This document shows, piece after piece, positions 43,605-52,070 of a stretch of 64,000 nt of DNA (its first letter is position 1; each line of letters opens with the position of its first letter). The notes below the pieces were generated by a model. That model saw only the letters and a list, made by a program, of their open reading frames with translations, was not told where the DNA came from and did not search any database. Where the stretch lies: NCBI GenBank assembly GCA_012519635.1, contig JAAYPV010000101.1, forward strand, positions 28 to 64,027, given 5' to 3'. Made by a program: the position numbers and the translations under genes. Origin of the DNA: Clostridiales bacterium. GTDB lineage: Bacteria > Bacillota > Clostridia > Oscillospirales > Ruminococcaceae.

Positions 43605-45581
43605 ATGTCAAAAAAAATGCCAGCGGTATTTACATCATTAATAATGATTGTATCGCTAATTAGTACAGGCTTTATAAGTATTGCAAATGCGAATGCAAAT
43701 GGATTTGGAGGTTATAACTGGTCTAAAACAGAAGGGTATCAGACAGGAACAACTTCTGTAAATAATTCATCTGAAGAACTAGTTGTTTCCTTTAATATTA
43801 ATCCAAATGATGCAGATGATTGTGTTGCAGGCTTTAGCAATGATGGTTCTCAAGAAGAGGACTGGACAGAATATGAAACTGTCAGCTTTTCTGTTGAAAA
43901 TCCGAACGATTTTGATATCGCACTTTCAGTTGCATTATGCACAGGTGGCAGCTGGAACTGGTGGGAAAACATTGAAACTGTTGTTTTAGCAGGCGAAACA
44001 AAGGAAATTGTTTTGAATCCACATGCAAGCGAGTGGAAATCAGCGGATACAAACTGGGTTAACAACTCTCCTGTTGCAGATTTGTTATATGTTAAGAGAG
44101 TTAATATGTTTGTAAAAACATTAGGTGATACAGTGCAGTCTGGTAGTGTTAAACTAACTAACTGGAAGGTTGTAAAATCAAGTAGTGGTGGTGATGATGA
44201 TGAGCAGCTTACTCCAGTAAAGGGATTTTATGTTGATGGTACTACACTAAAGGATGCAAATGATAATCCATTTGTAATGAGAGGTGTAAACTATGCGTTT
44301 ACATGGTATAAGGGAACTGAGGCAGTAGCATTGCCAAAGATTGCTGAATATGGTGCAAACTCAGTAAGAATCGTACTTTCCAATGGTCAACAGTGGAATA
44401 AAGATAGTGTTTCTGCAGTTAAGAATATTTTAAAAATATGCGAAGAGAACAAGCTTGTTGCTATCTTGGAGGTTCATGATGCAACTGGATATAATACGCA
44501 TGATTCATTGATGAAGGCAGCAGAGTATTTTGTAGAAATCAAGGACGCATTTGTTGGTAAGGAAGACAGAGTAATAATTAACATTGCAAATGAATGGAGA
44601 GGTGACCAGAATTCTGACGAATGGGCAACATCCTATAAAGCAGCAGTAAAGCTTTTAAGGAATGCAGGCTTGACTCACAACATAATGATTGATGCGGCTG
44701 GTTGGGGACAATATGGTAAGGCAATTCATGATAAGGGCTTGGAGGTATTTAATTCAGACCCATTGAAAAATATCATTTTTGCAATACATATGTATGGTAC
44801 AGCAGGTGGAAATGAGTCTGTAATAAAATACAATATTGACAATGTCTTAAATCAGGGTCTTGCACTATGCATTGGCGAATTTGGTTGTAATCACAGTGAT
44901 GGTGATGTTGATGAAGCAACAATAATGAGTTATTGTGAAGAAACAAATACCGGCTGGTTGGCATGGTCATGGCATGGAAATAGCAGTGATGTTGCATACC
45001 TTGATATGGTAACTGACTATAAGGGTGATACTTTGACAGAGTGGGGAGAAACAGTAGTAAATTCTATTTATGGTATGTTAAATACATCAAAAATCTGCTC
45101 TGTTTTTGAGGAAGATATAGAAAATCCTGAAACATCTGAAAGCTCAGAAACAACTGTATCTGAAACTATTGAGGATACGGAAACAACACCCTCAGAGGAG
45201 ACATCTGAAACTGAAACAACTCCCATTGAAACTAGTGATACTGATGATATTACTACTACCGATGATGGGGATGTTAGTGATATTACTACTTCAACTTCGG
45301 AAGAAACAACAGTAACATCAAGTGAAGATGATGTAGATAATAATGACGAAATTGACTGGGATAAGGTTGTTTACGGTGATGTTAATCTTGATGGAGAAAT
45401 AAGAATTACTGATATAATTGAATTCAACAAATATTTAATTGGCATACTTGAGCTTTCAGCTACTGCAAGGGAGAATGCTAACTGTGTATATGATGATAGG
45501 CTAGATGTATCTGATAATATGCAAATAGCTAAATATCTTGTTTCTCAAATTAGTAAAGAAAATTTAGGGCCAAATAAGTAA
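43605..45581 (+). CDS. Secreted GH5 glycoside hydrolase (mannanase-like, GH5_8-type motifs): N-terminal unassigned beta-sandwich-like module, acidic T/S/E/D linker, dockerin
   Basis: Signal peptide MSKKMPAVFTSLIMIVSLISTGFISIANA. GH5 acid/base INIANEW, nucleophile CIGEFG, and GWLAWSWHGN. Dockerin YGDVNLDGEIRITDIIEFNKYL...ENANCVYDDRLDVSDNMQIAKYL. ATG 43605 after AAAGGAG. Confidence 0.88.
   Translation: MSKKMPAVFTSLIMIVSLISTGFISIANANANGFGGYNWSKTEGYQTGTTSVNNSSEELVVSFNINPNDADDCVAGFSNDGSQEEDWTEYETVSFSVENPNDFDIALSVALCTGGSWNWWENIETVVLAGETKEIVLNPHASEWKSADTNWVNNSPVADLLYVKRVNMFVKTLGDTVQSGSVKLTNWKVVKSSSGGDDDEQLTPVKGFYVDGTTLKDANDNPFVMRGVNYAFTWYKGTEAVALPKIAEYGANSVRIVLSNGQQWNKDSVSAVKNILKICEENKLVAILEVHDATGYNTHDSLMKAAEYFVEIKDAFVGKEDRVIINIANEWRGDQNSDEWATSYKAAVKLLRNAGLTHNIMIDAAGWGQYGKAIHDKGLEVFNSDPLKNIIFAIHMYGTAGGNESVIKYNIDNVLNQGLALCIGEFGCNHSDGDVDEATIMSYCEETNTGWLAWSWHGNSSDVAYLDMVTDYKGDTLTEWGETVVNSIYGMLNTSKICSVFEEDIENPETSESSETTVSETIEDTETTPSEETSETETTPIETSDTDDITTTDDGDVSDITTSTSEETTVTSSEDDVDNNDEIDWDKVVYGDVNLDGEIRITDIIEFNKYLIGILELSATARENANCVYDDRLDVSDNMQIAKYLVSQISKENLGPNK
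45372..45581 (+). repeat. Dockerin-coding module, dispersed paralogous copy 2 (partner at 47-259)
   Basis: See 47-259. The two are colinear at the nucleotide level over about 210 nt. Confidence 0.7.
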
Positions 45582-45593
45582 CAGAACATAATT

Positions 45594-45637
45594 AAAGCAT
45601 CTTACATAGATTTTGTGTAAGATGCTTTTTTTATTTT
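45594..45637 (+). terminator. Rho-independent terminator after the GH5 gene
   Basis: Perfect 13-bp stem aaagcatcttaca / tgtaagatgcttt, followed by ttttatttttaa. Confidence 0.85.
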
Positions 45638-45773
45638 TAAATCAGCAATGATTTCAATTTAGTATTCATTTTGTAGTAGAAAATAAGTATATAAGTTTAT
45701 AAATAAAATCATTCAAACTACATAGTATAAATAGTAACAATAATATTTTATTATTAAAGGGTTGGAATTTATA

Positions 45774-46478
45774 ATGAAGATTTTAAATATTATTTTATCA
45801 TCGATTGGTTCAATAATTGTATTATTTGTTTTGTCTAAGCTGATAGGAAACAAGCAGATATCAAATATGACTCTGTTTGATTACATCAATGGCATAACAA
45901 TAGGCTCAATAGCTGCTGAGATGGCAACAGCCCTAGAAGGAGATTTCCTTTTGCCACTTACTGCAATGATTATTTATGGACTAGCCTCATTAGCAATTTC
46001 TTGCATAGCTACAAAATCCATTAAGCTAAGAAGATTTTTAATCGGACGCTCAATAATTCTTTTGGATAATGGAAAGCTATATAAGAAAAATCTAATGAAG
46101 GCAAGACTGGATATAAATGAGTTTTTAACACAATGTCGTGTTAACGGGTATTTCAATTTAGCGGACATTCAAACTGCTATAATTGAACCTAATGGAATGA
46201 TATCGATACTTCCTGTATCTGACAAGCGACCTGTTAATCCACAGGATTTAAATTTATCACCGGATAAGGAAAGAATAGTGACAAATGTAGTTATAGATGG
46301 TAAAATCATTTATAAAAACCTTAAATCAATGGGTAAAGAAGAGGAATGGTTAAGAAAACAGTTAAAGGATAAGTGGAATATAAGTATTAGTGATGCGTTT
46401 TTAGTGACTTATGATAGTAACAGACTTGATGCTTATGTAAAGCTTAATGATAAGCCTGTAGATGACCCTTTTCAGTAG
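45774..46478 (+). CDS. DUF421 (YetF-like) membrane protein
   Basis: MKILNIILSSIGSIIVLFVLSKLIGNKQISNMTLFDYINGITIGSIAA is typical of the DUF421 N-terminus. ATG 45774. Confidence 0.75.
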   Translation: MKILNIILSSIGSIIVLFVLSKLIGNKQISNMTLFDYINGITIGSIAAEMATALEGDFLLPLTAMIIYGLASLAISCIATKSIKLRRFLIGRSIILLDNGKLYKKNLMKARLDINEFLTQCRVNGYFNLADIQTAIIEPNGMISILPVSDKRPVNPQDLNLSPDKERIVTNVVIDGKIIYKNLKSMGKEEEWLRKQLKDKWNISISDAFLVTYDSNRLDAYVKLNDKPVDDPFQ

Positions 46479-47818
46479 TTAGCAACTGTTTTTATATTTT
46501 TTTGAATTTTTAATGGCAGCATAACAGTAACTTTAAAGAAATCATCATCATGAGAATAATTAAATACTCCATTATTCTTTTTAACAGTATCTTCTATTAG
46601 TGACAAACCATAACCATGAAGAGATTTATTAAGCTTTGTAGTCTTAATAACACCATTTTTGATATTCAACACATTATTAAATTTGTTTTTCACTGTAAAT
46701 ACAGCATAGTTTTTGTATACAAATATACTAACATCAATTTCTCTGTTGGATTCATCCAGCTTGAGTGAGGCCTCAATAGAGTTATCAAGAATATTTGAGA
46801 GTATTGTAGTCATTTCTGAAAAACTTGCATACAGTTCTGGTAGCTTATCTGCTTTTAAATTAAGTTTGATATTATTGCTTTCGCAAAATGTGATCTTACA
46901 ATTCACAATTGCATCAACAATACTATTTTCAGTTCGGCAAATATTGCTTTTGTGCTGTTGAATATAAGCAGTAAGTTCGTTAATATATTCTAAAACCTCA
47001 TTAGTTTTATTTTGGTTAATAAGCATTGAAATATTTAAAAGATTATTCTTCATATCATGCTTAATTTTTTTTATATTTTCAATCATAACATTTTGTATTT
47101 CAATTTGCTGGCATAGAGCCTTATTGGTAGTATCAGTAATATAATATTCCTTTTCCTTTTGAAAGAATAAGCATATCTGTATAAAGAAATAAACAACAAA
47201 GCAACTCATAACCAAAAAACCTGATGCGAAAATTAGGTAATGAATTAGTCCATTGTCAAGAGAAAATATACCTGATGACTGCTCCATAAATACCAATGCT
47301 ATGAAAAGGTTTACGACCATGATAATGTTAAGTAAAATCCAGTATTTTGTGGAGATATTAAAATTCAGTGCTTTAAACATTCTAGCAATAAGTAAGAAAG
47401 TAATAAGATTAACAAGCTTAGCAAATATATGTAACAATATTGAATACAAGCTACCTGTTGCCAGAATAACCTGTATAGTTTCTTCAGCAAGCATCGCAAA
47501 AATCAAGCTAATTATAATGTCAATTATTAAAAAAACATAAATACCAAGCATTGAAAAAAACAGGGTTATGTAGATTTTATCTTTATATAAAAATAAAGAA
47601 AGGAGGGGAATCAGTATTATTAACAATCCTATTCTAATTAATAAGTTTAAGTTGCTTAAAAAGTATACAATTACAGATAATACAATTACTGATGTGAATA
47701 ATAATATAGTGCTAATTTTTTTCCCATGCTTTGGGGTAAATACATTATGAAACAGAAAGTAAATCAGAAAACTATCTATAAAACAAAATACATAAGAGTA
47801 TATAGGATTGTTATTCAT
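46472..47818 (-). CDS. AgrC/ComD-type (HPK10) membrane sensor histidine kinase
   Basis: About 6-7 N-terminal TM helices. H-box IKKIKHDMKNNL, N-box ILSNILDNSIEAS, G-box HGYGLSLIE. 8-nt overlap with the RR gene. Confidence 0.85.
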   Translation of the reverse strand: MNNNPIYSYVFCFIDSFLIYFLFHNVFTPKHGKKISTILLFTSVIVLSVIVYFLSNLNLLIRIGLLIILIPLLSLFLYKDKIYITLFFSMLGIYVFLIIDIIISLIFAMLAEETIQVILATGSLYSILLHIFAKLVNLITFLLIARMFKALNFNISTKYWILLNIIMVVNLFIALVFMEQSSGIFSLDNGLIHYLIFASGFLVMSCFVVYFFIQICLFFQKEKEYYITDTTNKALCQQIEIQNVMIENIKKIKHDMKNNLLNISMLINQNKTNEVLEYINELTAYIQQHKSNICRTENSIVDAIVNCKITFCESNNIKLNLKADKLPELYASFSEMTTILSNILDNSIEASLKLDESNREIDVSIFVYKNYAVFTVKNKFNNVLNIKNGVIKTTKLNKSLHGYGLSLIEDTVKKNNGVFNYSHDDDFFKVTVMLPLKIQKNIKTVANY

Positions 47819-48557
47819 ACATAACCTCCTTGTTTACAAATTCTGTAAGCATGCTTATGACATTTTTTCTTTGTCGTCTACTTAGTGGTAATCTGCTATT
47901 ATTATCAAGTGTTACATCAATTTCATTTATTGAATAGATATATCGAATATTTACAATACAGGTACGATGAATTTCAACAAAATTTTTTTCTAAGAATTTT
48001 TCCTTTAAAGATTGAAAATGCTTTTGTGTAAGAGTATAGCATTTATTTTTTGTGTGCATATATATCGTCCTGTTTATTGATTCAAAATACATTATATCTG
48101 TAAGAGGTAATTTAATAACACTTTTCTTTTTAAATTCATTTTCAATTTCAAATATATGTAGCTCTATTTTTGCGGCAGTTGCTTCATTCAGCACTCTGGT
48201 TAGTTCGGGTTTTAATAATTGATTCAGCATATCCTTTGGAACAAAGGCATCTGCACAGTATTGGAATGTATTATATACTTCACCTTTCATAGAGGATATA
48301 AAAATAAGCTTAAAGGAGGAATTGAGTTCTCTAAGCTGTTTTGCAGTTTCCTTGCCATTAAGCTTAGGCATATCTATATCTAAAAGAATAATATCATATT
48401 GAATATCATTTTTTTTAATATTTTTTATCAGCTCTGAACCACAAGTAAATGACTGTATATTAGAAGGAAGATTTAATTCAAATAAAATCTTACCTATAGC
48501 CTCAACAAGAGTTTTAAGAAAAATTTTATCGTCATCACAAACTGCAATTTGTAACAT
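47811..48557 (-). CDS. LytR/AlgR-family response regulator (REC plus LytTR DNA-binding domain)
   Basis: MLQIAVCDDD...DIILLDIDMPKLNG receiver domain, and C-terminal LytTR (FVEIHRTCIVNIRYI). GGAGG SD immediately follows the ACP stop. Confidence 0.88.
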   Translation of the reverse strand: MLQIAVCDDDKIFLKTLVEAIGKILFELNLPSNIQSFTCGSELIKNIKKNDIQYDIILLDIDMPKLNGKETAKQLRELNSSFKLIFISSMKGEVYNTFQYCADAFVPKDMLNQLLKPELTRVLNEATAAKIELHIFEIENEFKKKSVIKLPLTDIMYFESINRTIYMHTKNKCYTLTQKHFQSLKEKFLEKNFVEIHRTCIVNIRYIYSINEIDVTLDNNSRLPLSRRQRKNVISMLTEFVNKEVMYE

Positions 48558-48567
48558 TTATACCTCC

Positions 48568-48813
48568 TTATTTTTTTGATGCATTAAGAATAATTGAAAC
48601 CATCTCTCCAACATTTTTCATAGTAGAAACTTGCTTCATGCTGAATCTCATTTTAAATGTTTTTTCAACAGCACTAATAAGGTTAATATGTTCAAGGCTA
48701 TCCCAATCCTCTATATCAGCAGCGGATGTTTCGCTATTGATTTCAATTGAATCATCATCAAAAATATCCCTAAATATCTCGGTTAATTTATTATAAACGT
48801 CTATTTCGTTCAT
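48568..48813 (-). CDS. Stand-alone acyl/peptidyl carrier protein (81 aa)
   Basis: Phosphopantetheine attachment motif EDWDSLEHINLISAVE (DSL). Its ATG directly abuts the upstream stop codon (gtt taa atg). Confidence 0.82.
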   Translation of the reverse strand: MNEIDVYNKLTEIFRDIFDDDSIEINSETSAADIEDWDSLEHINLISAVEKTFKMRFSMKQVSTMKNVGEMVSIILNASKK

Positions 48814-50610
48814 TTAAACCAACTCCTTTTCTGAATTAACAATAATAACTTTATTTTTATTCTTATAGTTTTGTAAGTCTAATTCCCAGACGATATTTCC
48901 GTTTTCATTGGAACTCAGTTGCTTAAAACCAAATTTTTCATACAAATCACTTACCATAGCGTTCTTAGCTGTTTTATAGTAGTAGCCTATAATTTTAGTT
49001 AAGTTTTTTTGTAAGCAGTTTTTAACAAGAGTATCCAGCATGGCGTATTCCATATCGCGTTTAAGAACACGACAGCTCATGAGCCATAGCTCAATATGGA
49101 GCGTAGTAGCTTCAATTTTACCTATAACAACTGAAACAATACCGTTATCTCCAAATTTATCTGCAAGTCTGCCATAGAGTTTAATATAATCATCACTTTT
49201 ATATATTTCTTGAATTTCACCTTCGGTGTATCTTTTGGTAGTGAGGTTAAACTGATTTGTTTTATTAGTAAGCTGAACGATTCTTTCGATATATACAGGC
49301 TTAAATGATTCAATAGTAGCAGTCATTTTAAGCTCTAAAAGATAATCCTCATAGCTATTAAATTTTTGCTGTTCGAGCATTCGTTGAATATTTGCTTTAT
49401 ACATATCATTTCTACTTATGTCATCGTCTGAAAAGGTTGTAACTTCAAAATATCCTGATCTGTCAAGTGTTCTTATATAACTTTCTACACTCTCCATTTT
49501 AGGTGCTTCCACCATAGGCAGACGAGATTTAACAATTTCCCGTTCAGCAGGATTATCGTCAACAAATACAATACTCTCAGGCAAAATATTAAGTTCATCT
49601 GCTATTTTAAGAATGTTTTCATCCTTATTGTCCCAATTAGCCTTGATTATCACAAAATCATCAGCAGTTAATACAGTATCAGGGTGTTTCAAACCATCAA
49701 GGGCATTTACTATATCATTTTTTGAACAAATAGTTAGCGTGATACCTAGATTTTTCAGTTGCTTAATATAGCTTTGAAAATCATGATATGCTTGTGCGAC
49801 AGGAGTTTCGTGTCCGATTTCCAGTCCAGCTTGTCCATCATCACCTACGACTCCACCCCAAAGAGTATTATCCAAATCAAGTGCCAATGCTTTTTTATTT
49901 TTGCCAAAAATGGATTTAATAATATTAGAAATATTGTAGGCAAGTTCAGGAATTGCAGATAGGCTTAAAGCATATTTATACAGATACCAATATTGTGGAT
50001 CGGACCACCTATCAAGTCCATAGCGTGCTGATAGGTAGTTGATGTCATTTATATAGAAATTATTGTTATTTTGTGCATACTCATAAAATTTTATATTTAA
50101 TAAGTTAATGAACCAGAGTTTGCCATGAATATCGCTTACATCCTTATTCCCAAGCAATCGATAGGAGGGCATTTCAAAGTTGTTTTGAATAATCGCACAA
50201 TTATATTTTTGTGCAAGACTTTGCCACATTGTTTCAAAATGACTATACTGTTTTTTAATTCGATATTCAATTGCTTCAGCGGAATTTTTCATATTAAATT
50301 CAAATTCAGTAATATTTTTAGAAGTAGTGTGAATGTAGATAATATCAGGCTTAAAGTCGTCTAGCTTAGAATTATCAAACATTGCATCCTGCCAGTATTG
50401 CCCATACTCTGATTGATAGAATATAGGCTCAATATCATTATCAAGCAGGAATAGTTCGAGTATGGAGGCTATATCATTAGTAGTTGAGCCACCTAATATT
50501 GCAATGTTTTTTTTAATTCTTGCTCTGTTTTTTTGTAGCAGTTGTTTTTTGATTTTTTTTCTGTTTTTAAGTATTTCCGAACTATCAAAAGGGTAAGTCA
50601 GTACTTGCAT
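48814..50610 (-). CDS. FkbH-like HAD-superfamily IIIC protein: unassigned N-terminal domain, HAD phosphatase core, C-terminal GNAT-like domain
   Basis: HAD motif I plus the FkbH signature ALALDLDNTLWGGVVGDDG, and VFVDDNP. The C-terminal region has QFNLTTKRYT and LWLMSCRVLKRDME. 598 aa, GGGGTGGA SD. Confidence 0.8.
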   Translation of the reverse strand: MQVLTYPFDSSEILKNRKKIKKQLLQKNRARIKKNIAILGGSTTNDIASILELFLLDNDIEPIFYQSEYGQYWQDAMFDNSKLDDFKPDIIYIHTTSKNITEFEFNMKNSAEAIEYRIKKQYSHFETMWQSLAQKYNCAIIQNNFEMPSYRLLGNKDVSDIHGKLWFINLLNIKFYEYAQNNNNFYINDINYLSARYGLDRWSDPQYWYLYKYALSLSAIPELAYNISNIIKSIFGKNKKALALDLDNTLWGGVVGDDGQAGLEIGHETPVAQAYHDFQSYIKQLKNLGITLTICSKNDIVNALDGLKHPDTVLTADDFVIIKANWDNKDENILKIADELNILPESIVFVDDNPAEREIVKSRLPMVEAPKMESVESYIRTLDRSGYFEVTTFSDDDISRNDMYKANIQRMLEQQKFNSYEDYLLELKMTATIESFKPVYIERIVQLTNKTNQFNLTTKRYTEGEIQEIYKSDDYIKLYGRLADKFGDNGIVSVVIGKIEATTLHIELWLMSCRVLKRDMEYAMLDTLVKNCLQKNLTKIIGYYYKTAKNAMVSDLYEKFGFKQLSSNENGNIVWELDLQNYKNKNKVIIVNSEKELV

Positions 50611-50630
50611 AATTATCCACCCCTAATTTG

Positions 50631-52052
50631 TTATTGTGTTCTGATTCTCTCAATATGCTTAGAGTTTCCACCGGTTGCAGAGAAGGTGTTCATAGCGAAT
50701 AATACATCGGTCACGCCATGCTCCCTCATAAAATTGATGGCATTGAGGTTAAAATATCGCATATCGATTACATAAATATTTTCAAATGAACCAGTTAGAC
50801 ATGGAACAAGAGCATTTCCATAGCTATCCTTTACTATTGCAAGCGTTCTTCCGTTTTTTACATCAGTATTTACATGAACAATGAACTCATCACTGCCCAT
50901 GAAGGTGCAGTAAAGACTACTACCATATGCCTTTATAAGCAATGGCCCCTTATGGTCGAAATTAAAGTTAGGGTCATAGTAGGTTGTAGTATATTGATTA
51001 GATGGTTTATAATAGATAAAGTCTTCGGGATTATCCTTTAAAGCAGCAACCTGTGACCAGCCGTAAAGTGTACCAACATAACCAGGCTCAATAACTTTTT
51101 CATATGTGGATAAATCCGCAAATGGAACATTAGCTTTTTTAGCGAATTCCTGTGCGGCATAGAATGCTCCAAGAGGTGCCCAGTGATGGTCTGTTCTTGA
51201 ATATATATTTTCTTTTTTATGAGGTAAAAGTGCATTATATGCATCAACTTCAATGACACCATTCAGAAATTGTCTTATATTTTCAAGATTATCTTTCTCA
51301 CTACCATATTTTTCAGCATATTTTTTTGGCATATAGAATGATTGTGCAGTTGGAGCAACTAATGAATATACATTTACACTCTCACCTAAATCTGCTTTAT
51401 AAGCGTTAACAAAGCTAGCATAATTTTGTCCAGCGGCAAAGCTACCATAATAAACGGGTATACCTCTGTTTTTATAAACCAGTATTCCGCCGCTTAAAAT
51501 TCCCTCTTCGATATCATCTATCTCATCTTCAACAGGAACAGTTTCGACTGGTACAGGTGAGCTTTCTGTTATACCTGTCGTAACATCGGTTACAGTGGGA
51601 GTTGTTTCATCAGTAGTTTGCTTAGGTGGAGGAGTTGTTTCAGTTTTCTCTGCGGATAAAGTGTCTTTTTTTGCATCCTTTTTACCTCCGTTTACATTAC
51701 CGTAAATGATGATACCATCCAATTCAATACCCATGCTTGCACGCAAGCTTGATGTCATATCCTTGAATGTACTTCTGAAGGGAACTGTATCATTATAATA
51801 ATTTGCGATATTCGCTGTATATTCACCATCAAAAAAGCTTTTTGAACTAAAGGAAGGGAACCTTGCTAATTCTCTGTTTTCAGTTTTTGAAACAGTAGGT
51901 CGTTTGCCTATTAGAAGGAACAGGGATATAGCAGCAAAAATTAAAGCAATAACAATTACATTAATTGTCTGAATGGATTTTTCAATTTGCTTTCTGTCTT
52001 TTTTTACAGGTTGTTTTAGTATAGGAATATCTATATTATCAATATTGTTCAT
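50631..52052 (-). CDS. DHHW-motif protein (AlgJ/AlgX/DltD-like SGNH-type extracytoplasmic acyltransferase), membrane-anchored
   Basis: Single N-terminal TM (VIVIALIFAAISLFLLI), T/P-rich linker, SRTDHHWAPLGAFYAAQEF motif. ATG 52052 lies 9 nt after AAGGAG; the ORF-track TTG 52061 abuts the SD. Confidence 0.82.
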   Translation of the reverse strand: MNNIDNIDIPILKQPVKKDRKQIEKSIQTINVIVIALIFAAISLFLLIGKRPTVSKTENRELARFPSFSSKSFFDGEYTANIANYYNDTVPFRSTFKDMTSSLRASMGIELDGIIIYGNVNGGKKDAKKDTLSAEKTETTPPPKQTTDETTPTVTDVTTGITESSPVPVETVPVEDEIDDIEEGILSGGILVYKNRGIPVYYGSFAAGQNYASFVNAYKADLGESVNVYSLVAPTAQSFYMPKKYAEKYGSEKDNLENIRQFLNGVIEVDAYNALLPHKKENIYSRTDHHWAPLGAFYAAQEFAKKANVPFADLSTYEKVIEPGYVGTLYGWSQVAALKDNPEDFIYYKPSNQYTTTYYDPNFNFDHKGPLLIKAYGSSLYCTFMGSDEFIVHVNTDVKNGRTLAIVKDSYGNALVPCLTGSFENIYVIDMRYFNLNAINFMREHGVTDVLFAMNTFSATGGNSKHIERIRTQ

Positions 52053-52070
52053 TAGAATCAACTCCTTATT

